From Trichosphaerium sp. ATCC 40318 (lineage: Eukaryota > Protista > Tubulinea), in NCBI GenBank assembly GCA_038496445.1, contig JALMLS010000529.1:1-33884 (forward strand): DNA of 33,884 bases, given 5' to 3'. A program made the translations under genes and the position numbers. The notes beneath the pieces are model-generated. The model saw nothing but the letters and a program-made list of their open reading frames with translations, ran no database searches and was not told the DNA's origin. Shown here piece after piece: positions 22,875-33,884 of the stretch. Position 1 is the first letter of the stretch; every line of letters starts with the position of its first letter.

Positions 22875-24011
22875 TCATTTTTTGGTACAAGTGTTGAAAT
22901 ACAGCAGTTGATCGAGACATTCTTGAGTAATTGACGTGTCAGTAATATTAATTTTGTGAACCCCAGTTAGTGATTTAATGGCTTCATTTGTTATCTGTTT
23001 ACAACCTCTAAGATTAATAAAATATGCTCCAGAAAGTGCCTGGATGCCTTTGTCTGTAATGTGTTTGCACCCACCAAGATCTATAATGTGTACACCCGAC
23101 AGTGCTTCGATACCTTTATCTGTAATAGATGTGTTACTCAGAAAAATGCTACGTACACCTGAAAGGTATTTTAACCCTTCATCTGTAATAGATGTGTTAC
23201 TCAAATAAATGGCATGTACACCAGCGAGTGCTTTTAACCCTTCATCTGTGACTGAGGTTCTGCGCAGATCAATGGTATGAACACCAGAAAGTGCTTTTAA
23301 CCCTTCATCTGTAATAGGCAATTTACACAGATAAATTTTGTGTACACCAGCAATTGATTTTAACCCTTCATCTGTAATACATTTGCAACCAATGAGGTTT
23401 ATTGTATTAACACCAGCAAGTGACTTTAATCCTTCGTCTGTAACTGTAGTTCTAGATAAATCAATGGTATGTACACCAGCAAGAGCCTTTATCCCTTCAT
23501 CTGTTACTGCGGTTCTAGATAGATGAATGGTATGTACACCAGCAAGTGCTTTTAACCCTTCATCTGTTACTGAAGTATGGCTAAGGTCAATGGCATGTAC
23601 ACCAGCAAGTGCTTTGACACCTTCATCAGTTACAGTATTACTACATTCACAAAGATCAATGGAATGAACACCAGCAAATGTCTTGATAACATCATCAGAA
23701 ATGGCTAGGCCAACAAGTTTGATGTTTGTGTGCTGGAGAGTACTTGAGTATTTTAAAATTGCTGAAGCTTGGTCAACACGTGAAATCTGAACGCTACAGT
23801 ATCCGATAATATCGTGAACAATAGAAGCAAGGTGATGACATGTTTGAGAAGCAGCAAAGCGTGATTTTGTTGTTTTACGCAAAATAAGCGCTAAAACCTC
23901 TGTGGGAAGGTCTAAAATGCTTATTTGCGCCCTATTATATGTTAGAATAGGAAAATAGAACAAGTTACGTCGGAACCTTTCATCTTTAATATTTATCTTT
24001 TGTACGAGCAT
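22875..24011 (-). CDS. F-box / leucine-rich-repeat protein (~12 LRRs)
   Basis: F-box ILDLPTEVLALIL..ASQTCHHL followed by tandem GVHxIxLxxTxxTDEGLKAL repeats. Possible in-frame 45-nt intron at 23932-23976; otherwise intronless. Confidence 0.85.
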   Translation of the reverse strand: MLVQKINIKDERFRRNLFYFPILTYNRAQISILDLPTEVLALILRKTTKSRFAASQTCHHLASIVHDIIGYCSVQISRVDQASAILKYSSTLQHTNIKLVGLAISDDVIKTFAGVHSIDLCECSNTVTDEGVKALAGVHAIDLSHTSVTDEGLKALAGVHTIHLSRTAVTDEGIKALAGVHTIDLSRTTVTDEGLKSLAGVNTINLIGCKCITDEGLKSIAGVHKIYLCKLPITDEGLKALSGVHTIDLRRTSVTDEGLKALAGVHAIYLSNTSITDEGLKYLSGVRSIFLSNTSITDKGIEALSGVHIIDLGGCKHITDKGIQALSGAYFINLRGCKQITNEAIKSLTGVHKINITDTSITQECLDQLLYFNTCTKK

Positions 24012-24091
24012 ATCGAGTGTATCGTAAACCGTTGGGAACTCACAGCTTTTCGGAATGACTTAAATACGATGTTAAGTGACCGTCCATTGCG

Positions 24092-24872
24092 ATGCCGTTT
24101 ACATACCAAAGGGCTACCGAATGATAAGAAAGCAGCCTTACTCTTTTTCAATACCATACTTCGCAAATAGACAAAAACGGATCGTTAATGACTACACAAC
24201 GCCCACTTGGGGTTTTATGACGCCGGAGCTTGTTTGTGAAGTGGCTGATTGGCTTTGTAATGATTGGCGTGGTATTATTTGCTTCTCAAGAACATGTAAA
24301 TACCTCAACGACGTACTAACCCACCACGAGAAGCGTGTATGGAGGATGCCATGTAAATTATTAAACATAGACACTAGAAAGGTAGATAACCCTCGCACAA
24401 GGTACGTAACGCGTAGTAATACGCTATCAACATTGTTTCAAGCTGATTTCAACTTAGATTTGGCTTGGAGATTCTAGAACGCCGTTTAGACGCTAAGATC
24501 ATTACCGCAGCCTCTAGTATAATCAAACTACAAGGAACACAAGCAGTCAGATGCTTCACAGTTAGTATACAACGTCCACCACAAAATCCAAAAACTTGGA
24601 ATCAAATCTCGTCAACGGAGTTCCTTAGCCGCTTTTCATCGATTTATGTTGATCTACTTAACGAAGATATTGGTACAATTGAGCATAACTTACCTTGTTC
24701 TCGAAATATTATGTCACGTGCTTTAAGAAACTTTCAAAAATTATGGCCTTCGTCAACTATCGATACACAGTATTATATTAATCACGTGATGCGTTCTTTA
24801 CGTGTTTCTAATGAAGAAAGAGCTCTTGTGATTCATCCAGGTTATACACCTAACAGTCAAGTTTTTAGTTGA
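24092..24872 (+). CDS. F-box-like protein with unknown C-terminal domain (1-2 introns; start uncertain)
   Basis: WGFMTPELVCEVADWL..RGIICFSRTCKYLNDVL..VWRMPC is F-box-like. A GTACGT..TAG intron (~24402-24457) joins ORFs 24076 and 24465. Head-to-head with the F-box-LRR gene. Confidence 0.6.
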
Positions 24873-25153
24873 TTGTACACCTTCACAAGTTGTAATAAAA
24901 TCTCGTTTGTACATCATTTTACTCTGCAATTCGGTAAAATTGGTTTTAGATTGATCCTATACGTTTTTACCATATAGATTTTTTGGGTATTTACAATTCT
25001 CAAAGCATGAGTTAATATTAGCATTGTTTTTTTGTTTAGTCTTGTTGTTTCAAGAAAAAGAGGAATTGTCATAATCAAGGTGAAGCTAAGAAGGAACTAT
25101 TTATTACACTTTGCTTTTGTGTATTCAATTGTTGCTTCTATTCTCACATTGGG

Positions 25154-26014
25154 TTACTTTGAAAATGTTGAGCTGAGCCATTTAATACCTAATGCTTCGA
25201 CACTTTCTTTTGAAATCTGACAACTTCCATTGATTGTAGCCGATTTAAGTGATTTTAAGTGCTTCAAACATGAGTTTGTTACCTTGTCACAATTGAAGAG
25301 GTTAAGGCGTTCAAGATTTACCAATGGCTTCAAACCTGCGTCTGTAATCGCGCAACCACAAACAAACAAGCTTTTGAGATTTGTCAATACTTTGATTGCA
25401 TCATCTGTTACCACTGATGTGCCTAGGGTAGACTCAACAATATTTAATGTGTGTACATTGCCGAGATATTTAGAATAAGAAGCTTGTATGTTTGAGAGTG
25501 ATATTTCATGGACATTCTTCAATGCCTTTATACCTTCAGCAGTAATATTCGTACAACCTAATAAGTTTATACAATGAACTCCGTTCAGAGCTTTTAGAGA
25601 AATATCTGTTATCTCTGTATTGTTCAATGTAATCGTGTGAATGTTATGTTTTTCTCCAACTAGTGCAAGGATACCTTCATCTGTAATGGTCATTTCTGAC
25701 AGATATATTGTATGAACGCCAACAAAACAAGCCAAGTCATGCACAGAGAGTATGATCCTGACAGACTGAAAATATATTGCAGTGTTTTTAAGCAAAGGAC
25801 TGCCTTTGAGAAAAGAGCAATCTGATGCCTTTAATAGCAAAATTTTAAACCCAACATTATGTCGAATAATGTCATTAAACTGAATAGAAACTACAGAAGC
25901 TCTAATACGTTCTTTTTTGTCTAAATATTGTAGAATATGCGTTAGTGTCTCTGGAGGAAGCTCTTGGAGGAGTATAAATTGGTTTACTATTTCTTGGCTA
26001 CGCTTTGCTGCCAT
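25154..26014 (-). CDS. F-box / LRR protein, intronless
   Basis: LQELPPETLTHILQYLDKKERIRASVVSIQF F-box; LRRs GVHTIYLSEMTITDEGI, GVHCINLLGCTNITAEGIKAL. Paralog of 22875-24011. Confidence 0.85.
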   Translation of the reverse strand: MAAKRSQEIVNQFILLQELPPETLTHILQYLDKKERIRASVVSIQFNDIIRHNVGFKILLLKASDCSFLKGSPLLKNTAIYFQSVRIILSVHDLACFVGVHTIYLSEMTITDEGILALVGEKHNIHTITLNNTEITDISLKALNGVHCINLLGCTNITAEGIKALKNVHEISLSNIQASYSKYLGNVHTLNIVESTLGTSVVTDDAIKVLTNLKSLFVCGCAITDAGLKPLVNLERLNLFNCDKVTNSCLKHLKSLKSATINGSCQISKESVEALGIKWLSSTFSK

Positions 26015-26528
26015 TGAAGATAGCGAGGATAACGAAACATATTTTTAAGTCACCAACAACTTAAGTGCAACTGAATTACATTGACTAATAGAATGTGCGC
26101 GAGGGAAGATAGGGAGGTAGGTCACAGAGGGAACAACGTATTGGAAAGACACGGGAGATTATTTGGCTGGTATTAACGCCAAGGGGCTTTTCCGGTAAGG
26201 GAGGTTTTAATTAAAATATTTTTCCGCCAACCTTTTTTCTTTTCTTTTTTCTACATTATTGTAATAGGCCATTTCAGGGGGTGTGGCGACTTTCTCCAAG
26301 CAGCTTTATCTGCGCCTGGATAAGTCAACCAGACAATAAACAAACAAACAAGTACGTTGAGTCTGAGTTCTAGTAAGAGCGAAGCTGTTTGCTTATTAGA
26401 ATGGATTTATTGCACAATCTTAGAGCCTACAAGGTGTAGTGCTATACGTAGCTAAGTTTCAGTACAAAGCTATTGCTTGTTCTGATGTTAAGTGTATCTG
26501 TAGCGTTACATAACTATTGTATATGATA

Positions 26529-27863
26529 CTATTGTATTAGATTAAAGGTTGTATGCAATCCGAAATGATCTAGGGTAACCTTGTTAGTCTGTTGAGAAGT
26601 TTTGATTTTGTGAAAAAAGGTGAGGAATTTCAAGGTTGTCTTACCTGATATCATAGGCGGTTTATCTTCCTTTCCAATGATCTTAATTTGGTCCGCCTTC
26701 CAATACTTACATTTTGTAAATACTCGATCTAACCTGCTTTTCCCCCATGTGGCACCCTTAAATTAACAAAACATAAGCAGGATCACCAAACATACTAGTT
26801 TTACAAAATACAGTGCGCTTTACATATTTAATTTTCGAAAAAGACTTAAACAAATTTGGTCTGTCTGGGAGGAAAAAGTGCAAGATGTATGACTGATTTC
26901 GAAATGGAAAAATAGTTTAAAACCAAAACTTGAATTCTCGGAGTGCTGTACCTTATCGTTTTTGTGAATGTCAACCCAAGTATCTCTAAAACCCTTTTTA
27001 GGCATAAACGCTTCTTCTTCTGGCCATGCATAGTTATAATCGCCCAAAACAATCTGATCAGCTTCTGGATTTAAGTTCTTCAAAATCCATGATAATTGGC
27101 CTTCTCGAACTCTATGAAATTGACCTGCGCTTTCAAGATGTACAGTTGATAAAGCCAAAGTATGATCATCAAATGTAAGTTCACATACTATCTGTGATTT
27201 AGAGGAAACGACGTGTACACTAATCGTACCTATTGATTTCCTTGGCGCAGCTTTGAAAGGCAAATCATATCGTTCAAGTTTCGAAAATGGATACTTTGAA
27301 AAAATGGCTAACTTGTACTTCGAAAACTGTGTAATTCAATGAGCAAAATAGCACGTGTCAAACTTATTTTTAGGTACCTGTCCAGAAAGTGGTGAAACGT
27401 AGAAGTGTTTTCTAATGTAAGGATGCTTTAAAAGGCATTCATGAGCCAGTTTTGTTGTTTCTTGAACACATATGATGTCTGCATTGCATTCTTCAAACAA
27501 TTTAACAAGTTTTGCAGTTCTTTCTGTTCTGTCTTCTTCAAATACCTTACAACTTGTTACCAGCGCGTGGTGAATGCCTTGAGAGTACCCAAATGTTGTA
27601 CGTAATGATATTGAGCTGTTTGACGCCAATTTTGTTTTTTTCTGTATTTACCTAAGCGTTGACGTTAGTACAAGCGTATTTGCTTACTGTCGTACAGGTT
27701 TCCATTGAGATTTCGTTGTATCCCATTTAGAGCATACTAGAGACGCTATTACGCACTTATCTGCCGTTAGACCCTCAAACGGTTTTATTACAGGCTTTTG
27801 TTTAATTTTAGGCCCGTCAGTCTTTTTAAGCTTTGTACGTTGTGCCTTTAGTTCTGCAAACAT
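26529..27863 (-). CDS. EEP-family phosphodiesterase (TDP2-like), multi-exon
   Basis: Catalytic motifs ITYNIW, ADIICVQE, STVHLES, VLGDYN, DTW, RLDRVF and SDHFGL are all present after splicing. Confidence 0.85.
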
Positions 27864-28217
27864 GTTGTTATGTGTTGTGTTATAGAATCAACTATTAATA
27901 GAAGCTTAACGTACCTAGGTGTACGTTTCTTTCGACAATTTTCGTTGAAACATAGAAATGACTATTCCCATCAAAGCACAGTAGAGTAAAGCCTATAATT
28001 ACCTCGTAAGTTACTACTGGTTGTGAACAAATTACTTTGTAGCTTACATCATTTGTTTTGGCTTTTTTTTCGTGCAACATAAATTCAGTAAACGTTGACT
28101 GAGGTTTAAAAGTTCTTTTAAACAAGTTAAACACTCTACTTAACAACATAGACCACGTTTCCTTACTTACAGTTTGTACATATAACGTCAAACAAGCATG
28201 GAAGGAGAAATATTAGC

Positions 28218-29100
28218 CAATGAGCTCTGGTTTAACCAAAGCAGCAAACCGTTCTTGAATGCTACCATAGTATGCGAACAAAATCACTAAGTTCCTGATA
28301 CCTGTAGCGATATAGCATGTGTTTGCTCTTTATAACTTAAAGTTGATAGGCAATTACATCATCGTGATGAATGGACAGTTAACAACAGTATTTGTTTGAG
28401 CTTTTAATTGAGCACAGAGTTCCATAGTTCAACGTTCTCTTACAAATTAAACTAAGTAGTTTTCGTCTATCATCTTTATATTTTTCGCATAAGTATTGAT
28501 TGTCTGTCGTACAATTACTAAAGGTAAAACTAATTGGCATACAGACTAATATCATATACAAGTTACAAAGGTATACAAGCAAACTACCTTGTAAGTTACC
28601 GTAACTCAAGTGTACTAGAGAAGGTGAGTTATAAAAATTCGATATCTAAAAAATGATTGTTAAGGAAGCAAATGAACGTGAAGATGGAAGTCGTTTCCTT
28701 TTGTTTTGAATAATTTTTACTGGCATCGTATCATCCTTGATGAAGGAAATTGAGAAACAAGACCATTTCTATTTTAAGGAATGTGTTCGTTTGAAGCTAG
28801 ATCAATGTGTTGTAAAACACGTTTACTATGGTACACTAATACTTTTTTATTTATATATAATATGTAGCTTAAAATAGATGACTATTTTCTAAGGATCAAA
28901 TATAGCGACCCAGAGTTCAACTTCTCCACAAGATAAACGTCCGTCTTTTTCTTACAATTTGTTTAGTATTACTATCTTTCGTACTAAAGGTATCTAGCTG
29001 ACACACAGACTAAATCATACACAAAGTGCAATTGGGAACAGAACAAGCATACCTAGGTCCCCTCTGTGTACTAGAGATGTTGCCAAAACGGATGTTAAAA
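28218..29100 (-). other. Possible fragmentary multi-exon gene, not resolved
   Basis: Donor/acceptor-like sites (e.g. CTAG|GTATGC near 29052) and short coding-like pieces (GIRNLVILFAYYGSIQERFAALVKPELIG*). No consistent gene model found. Confidence 0.2.
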
Positions 29101-29557
29101 CTGTCTTTGAAAAAAGTGACTAAGTAAGTGTAGCATAAAAGGGCTGTTTGTTTCAATAATTGTATCACTAGTCCGAGCCAGCTATTAGTTCTGGTGCCAC
29201 TAGTATTTATTTAGATTATATTGTAACAAAACACAACCAAATGACTACAATTAAGACGTGAGCTCCATTACACGTGCAAGTGAGAGACTTTGAAATAGAA
29301 TACTGTGCAAGAAGCAACTTATTTTATTCCTTGTAAAAAGAGGTTGTAAATGCAACCAACTACATATCTATTTTAGATTTTAACTTCAAAGTTCTAAATG
29401 GCAGTACCACATCGTTGACAGATGGCAAACAAAACATCAAACCACACGAGAAAAATATCTCAAAATTTTCTAGTGTAGAAGTCAACAGGGTTCTCTTGTC
29501 TATAGTGACATCGTCAAATCCAGAATTTCTCGAGATTCTTGTCCGTTTACCAAAATA

Positions 29558-30436
29558 ATGGCGCAAAGCACGAAGGAAGGTAAAACGCCCAACGCCGGTC
29601 TTTTAACCGTATGTGACGATGTCTTAAACGAAATATCAATGAGAACGCTTTATCACGACTTTAGAGGCTTAGTACGTCTAGAAAGAGTCTGTAAAACGTT
29701 GAGGCAACGTATAAAGGCTTGCGATGTAACAAAAATATTTAAGCTCGATGTAGCGATCTTACAGGTGTTCTGTACATCAGACGAGCTTAAAGTAAAGCTT
29801 ATCAATCACTTACGCAATGATTCAGTGGTGTGTGGGGTACTAAAACAAGATTTGTGCGAGACATACATTTATAATTGTATGTGGAGTGGTTTTGTAGACC
29901 AATTTTGCTCCAGTACTAATGATCTGGATGACGTGGTTAAGTGTCACTTTGAGAATCAAGGATATTGTTGTTCAGTTGATAACGATTTACAGGTTGAAGA
30001 TTATTTAAATATCTTCTCATGCGTAAGCTGTGCTTCTAAATACGCACCACATATCAATCTTAAGCCTATTACTTGTGACAAGTGTCGTAACTGCATAGAT
30101 GCTAGGCATTACATTGTGTTACGGCGTCCAAATGGCGAAATATTGTGCGAAGATTGCTTTGGCTGTACAAAAGATGTGTTGCGCTATATCAAACAATGTG
30201 GATCAAAGATGTTATTATCTGCAGCAAAAGCTATGAGCGTTCGACCCATAGATAGTACCTTTGCAAGGTTAGCTTCACCAGTGGAGATAGAGAAGATTTT
30301 AGAAACATTGGATGAAGACGATGATGAAGAAATGGAGGAAAAGATTTGCAACAGCACAGTTTATACTATTGCTAGTTGTAGCTACAATGAAAATGAATTA
30401 GGTGATACATATTACATGATTGTACTCAAAAAATAA
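29558..30436 (+). CDS. Intronless protein with divergent F-box-like N-terminus and Cys-rich (CxxC) putative Zn-binding region
   Basis: 292-aa ORF. LLTVCDDVLNEI..FRGLVRLERVCKTLR is F-box-like; contains CVSC, CDKC..CEDC and an acidic patch. Confidence 0.7.
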   Translation: MAQSTKEGKTPNAGLLTVCDDVLNEISMRTLYHDFRGLVRLERVCKTLRQRIKACDVTKIFKLDVAILQVFCTSDELKVKLINHLRNDSVVCGVLKQDLCETYIYNCMWSGFVDQFCSSTNDLDDVVKCHFENQGYCCSVDNDLQVEDYLNIFSCVSCASKYAPHINLKPITCDKCRNCIDARHYIVLRRPNGEILCEDCFGCTKDVLRYIKQCGSKMLLSAAKAMSVRPIDSTFARLASPVEIEKILETLDEDDDEEMEEKICNSTVYTIASCSYNENELGDTYYMIVLKK

Positions 30437-30554
30437 CAAAATAATAAAATGGCGTAAAAATACAATTGTTTGTCTTTACAACCAAACAATGACTTGGACT
30501 GGAATGGTACTGTTGCATCTCAACAGAGAGATAAATATTGCTATTGCCAGGTGT

Positions 30555-30975
30555 TCTGTACAACGTTGAGACAACGTATAAAGGCTTGCGATGTAACAAA
30601 AACACATAATGGAGATGTAGCAATCTTACAGGTTCTGTACCTCAGATGACCTTAAAGAAAAGCTTTATCAATCATTTACGCAATGATTCAGTGCTGTATG
30701 GGGTACTAAAACGAGACGTTTATATCAGTACATGTGGAGAGCTTTGGAACCAATTTTTATCAATGCTCATTTTCTGGATAAAGTGTTTCAGTGCCACTTC
30801 TTTACAGATTTCACGATTCCTGTTCAATTTACACCGACTTATCGGTTGATGACTTTTTAAATATCTTTTCATACCCAAGCTGTGATTCTCAATACGCACC
30901 CACCTCAATTTCAACCCTATTACTTGTAAAGAATGTTGCAAGTGCGCAACTTCTGATCACAATATTGTGTTACAA
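30555..30975 (+). pseudogene. Tandem degenerate duplicate of 29688-30125
   Basis: Shared runs such as CAACGTATAAAGGCTTGCGATGTAACAAAA and TTACGCAATGATTCAGTG, with multiple indels and stops; lacks the 5' and 3' ends. Confidence 0.88.
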
Positions 30976-31955
30976 TGTTTAACAAATACATACGAATCAG
31001 TGGTACCTTGTTGTTACTCAGATATTGGTAACTGCCTTTATGTTAAGGGTTACTCACCTGGTATCAATAGCATCAATGCAAGGTAAGATTAGAAAGTGTT
31101 TTTTGAGGATGCACTAGTAACGTACGATCTCTTTTGGTTACTTGAATACTATACGGTAGCAGTGGAACAATACTACAGTAAAATAATTATCATAATGTGC
31201 CGCACTACATACAACCCTAGATATCTAGTTGTAAACTTATTCCTAGAGGACCAAGGTACATTAAACGTTGATATTTGGCAAAAAAAGCCACCAAACTTAA
31301 ACCCAACAAGATTCTAAGATGACAGAATAAAAAAAACTAAGCTCCGTTTGTTGTACTTGCTTTACCACTGAATTTATTATACCTATTGTATCCAATAGTC
31401 ATACCTTAACACTAACTGGTTCATCTTTGTCACGAGTAGAAACGTCGTACAGTGATAAAAAGCTAAACAATACTTTTCAAAGTAAATCTAATAAGGTTAG
31501 ATAAATCCATCGTCCATTGGCTCCTACACAACTACACAGATTGGAGGAGAACCTATCTCTTGGCTTGACGGTTTGGTCAAGAAGCTTGAGATTCTTATTT
31601 ATTCAAAGTCAAATACAATAAAACTACAACCGAATACCAAAAAACATGTCCAGTAATATTTGCGTGATTGCCTCTAGCCGTTCCCTTACATTGTTGACTT
31701 GTACGTTAGTAGCCCAACCTCCATTAGTCTCAAAGTCCATAAACTCGGGTTTGTACAGCCATTAAATTCGCTTTCGGACATGCTTTTCGCTTTGCTCAGT
31801 ACCCGACTTCAAGGGAACTAAATATTTAGTAGTGTAACTTAACCGCGGACAGACTTAGAACAGACACTGCCTACAACTTATTCCGGAATTCTGTAGAAAC
31901 AACTACAAATATATTGCGTTCGACATTAAAAGCAACAAGCAAAGCATAACTTGCA

Positions 31956-33884
31956 ATGAATTACAGTGGACATGCATTTGTTCTTGTTGCCATCATTATC
32001 GGGTTGGCCGCAACACAAACCCCTAATCTGAAACCAGTGGATTCCAAATACGTATGATTGCAAGCGATAACATAGTTGTACACTGTACGTATCACAAAAA
32101 GTAGTATTTATTTTTTAAATAACTGTATCGTAGCATGCTCAACCCCTTCATGGATAAGAGCAATGACATACTTGCCTTCCAAAAACTTGCTTTTTGTTGC
32201 AACACTTGCAAGTTCACCAACCGCAACCTCCTTATTATGGATCCTTATACATGTCAAATACAGGTACGTACAGCCGCCAAGAAAATAGTCTACCTTCAAA
32301 AAACTCAATTTTCGCCTTCGTTTTTTGTTATTTTCAAAATCTACGCCTACCTGGTGGCCCTGGTATATGTAACCTTTGTTTCGAGCGAAATAAAGTGTAT
32401 TAATATTGTTTACAGAAGGAATGCTTTTTAAGCAGCGATATACGATCAATAAGCGTAGATCCAAACACTGAGATACTTTACGGCATTACTAGTGGAAATG
32501 AAATCGGAACTACGTTTTTTGTGGAAATAGACTACTCAACTTCTGATATGACTTTTAAACTTGCTTGTGAAGCTAATTTAACTGTTTCAAGGACAGAGTG
32601 TACGTCTAGACTTCATTTTCTAAATGACAAAACGAGAACTACGCTGGAATTTCTCATTTCGCTTAAAAGTTGATATTTCCGACATCAATGTTGTTGCGAA
32701 AGCTATTTACTTGCGGAGTAACGAAAGCGTTTACTACATTGGGACTAATTGCTTCTATCAATAGTTGCGTTTAGCGACTCAACACTGGTAGTAGGTGGCA
32801 ACCAAAAAATGTCAGCTATTCCTTCTTTTAATGCGCCAAATTGCACTGCATCTACAACAGGCACTAGCCCAGATGGAGGCATGTTTATTGTCCAACTTTC
32901 TTTTTTTTCTGATATTCTTCTTAGCAATACCTTTTTCCCTTGCTGGTATGTGTTTGTAATGTCTTAAGTTCCTTTTTTTTTTCTGATTTACTCTTCTTAG
33001 CAATCGCTTTTATTTCAGATGATGAAGTGGTTACATCGTCTTTTTCAGGCTTCAATAAATTTAATATCAACACAGGAGCAATATCAGACTACTCCACAAG
33101 TATATCAAATGGACGTGTAATCACATCAATGTTCTATGATGTGTCAACAACAATCGCTCCTTTTACTACTGCATCACCTAGTACTGAAGCACCCACTCTA
33201 CAACCTACAATAGCTCCAGATGGAGGTGTATTAGATGTGTTTATCATGGGAAAGTCAGGAACAGTAGGATTTGATTATCGGGTGATTTCAAATACTAGTG
33301 ATATTGTTGGTTGTAAGTATTGATCTTTTGACCACGCTCGTGTTTTGACCTTTTTATTAGCTTGTTCTACACCGGCTCTAAGAAACATTCCTTTTGCATT
33401 AGAATATAGCAGTGCTATCGATAAAGTCATATACATCAATGCCAATAAGAGGATTTTCACAGTTGATCCCTACACATGTGAAATAGTACGTTGCTGTTTT
33501 CGTTTTATTGTGACAAGTTGTTTATGTATTAAAGTGGTTTTGAATAGGATAAGAGTTGCACTATTCCCGCTAATACATTCGGTTTGATTGTAGACAAAGA
33601 AAGCGGACGTATTTTTGGTGAGAGTTTTGGCGATACTGTCCTGGAAATTGATATGGATACGTGTTCATTTTCTCATCATTGCAGCGACCAAACATTTTTA
33701 GCATCTGCAGGTACAATACTAAAATATTTACTTTTGATCTGGGTGTAATTAACCCTGCGTTAGGTACACTTATTGATGGTGTTCTGTATATTGCTGGTGA
33801 TATCGGAATAAGTAAATCGTTTAATTTTATGGAGGGATCATGTGCTCCAAACATAACAGCTGGAGGCCTTTGTTACATTGCTGG
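31956..33884 (+). CDS. Secreted/surface protein with duplicated Cys-containing beta-rich domain; 5' part frameshifted; truncated by window
   Basis: Signal peptide MNYSGHAFVLVAIIIGLAA. Two homologous units (..CSTP..DPYTCQI ~32130-32263; ..CSTP..DPYTCEI ~33360-33485) separated by a T/S/P linker. The first unit needs frameshifts. Confidence 0.55.

Noticed and set aside
22940-23720. Regularly spaced DNA repeats resembling a CRISPR array
   Set aside because: They are in-frame LRR coding repeats in a eukaryotic gene, with no cas genes nearby.
12256-27863. Actin-related gene cluster (ABP34-like, LIM-WH2, WH2-EEP)
   Set aside because: They are separated by unrelated genes, and amoeboid genomes are rich in cytoskeletal genes, so chance is sufficient.
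22875-30975. Intact endogenous giant-virus insertion
   Set aside because: No viral hallmark genes are present, and an intron-rich host EEP gene sits in the middle; only gene-level transfer remains possible.
1-33884. Alternative genetic code to explain the fragmented ORFs
   Set aside because: GT-AG introns explain the fragmentation, and TAA, TAG and TGA all occur as genuine terminal stops.

Overview
AT-rich (~35-36% GC), gene-dense eukaryotic DNA with many short (~40-270 nt) spliceosomal introns, frequently starting GTACGT. The gene content, notably an ABP34-family actin bundler, suggests an amoebozoan-like protist (inference). Genes reconstructed by manual splicing, in order: a LigB/Memo-fold protein; a type-I membrane protein; an UNC93/MFSD11-like transporter; an unknown helical protein; Lunapark; an ABP34-family actin-bundling protein; a small basic/acidic protein; an unknown, possibly disrupted gene; a membrane-anchored alpha-hydroxy-acid-oxidase homolog lacking its catalytic His; a polyprenyl diphosphate synthase; a LIM/coiled-coil/Pro-rich/WH2 protein; an intron-poor F-box cluster (two F-box-LRR, one F-box-unknown, one F-box-Cys-rich plus a tandem pseudogene) interrupted by a TDP2-like EEP hydrolase; and a frameshifted secreted repeat protein running off the right end. 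Non-genic highlights: a perfect 33-bp hairpin, a copy of the LIM-WH2 last exon 17 kb away associated with a 24-bp inverted repeat, and strong enrichment of CACGTG, often just upstream of 3' splice sites. Exon boundaries and family assignments are by eye, with no database searches.
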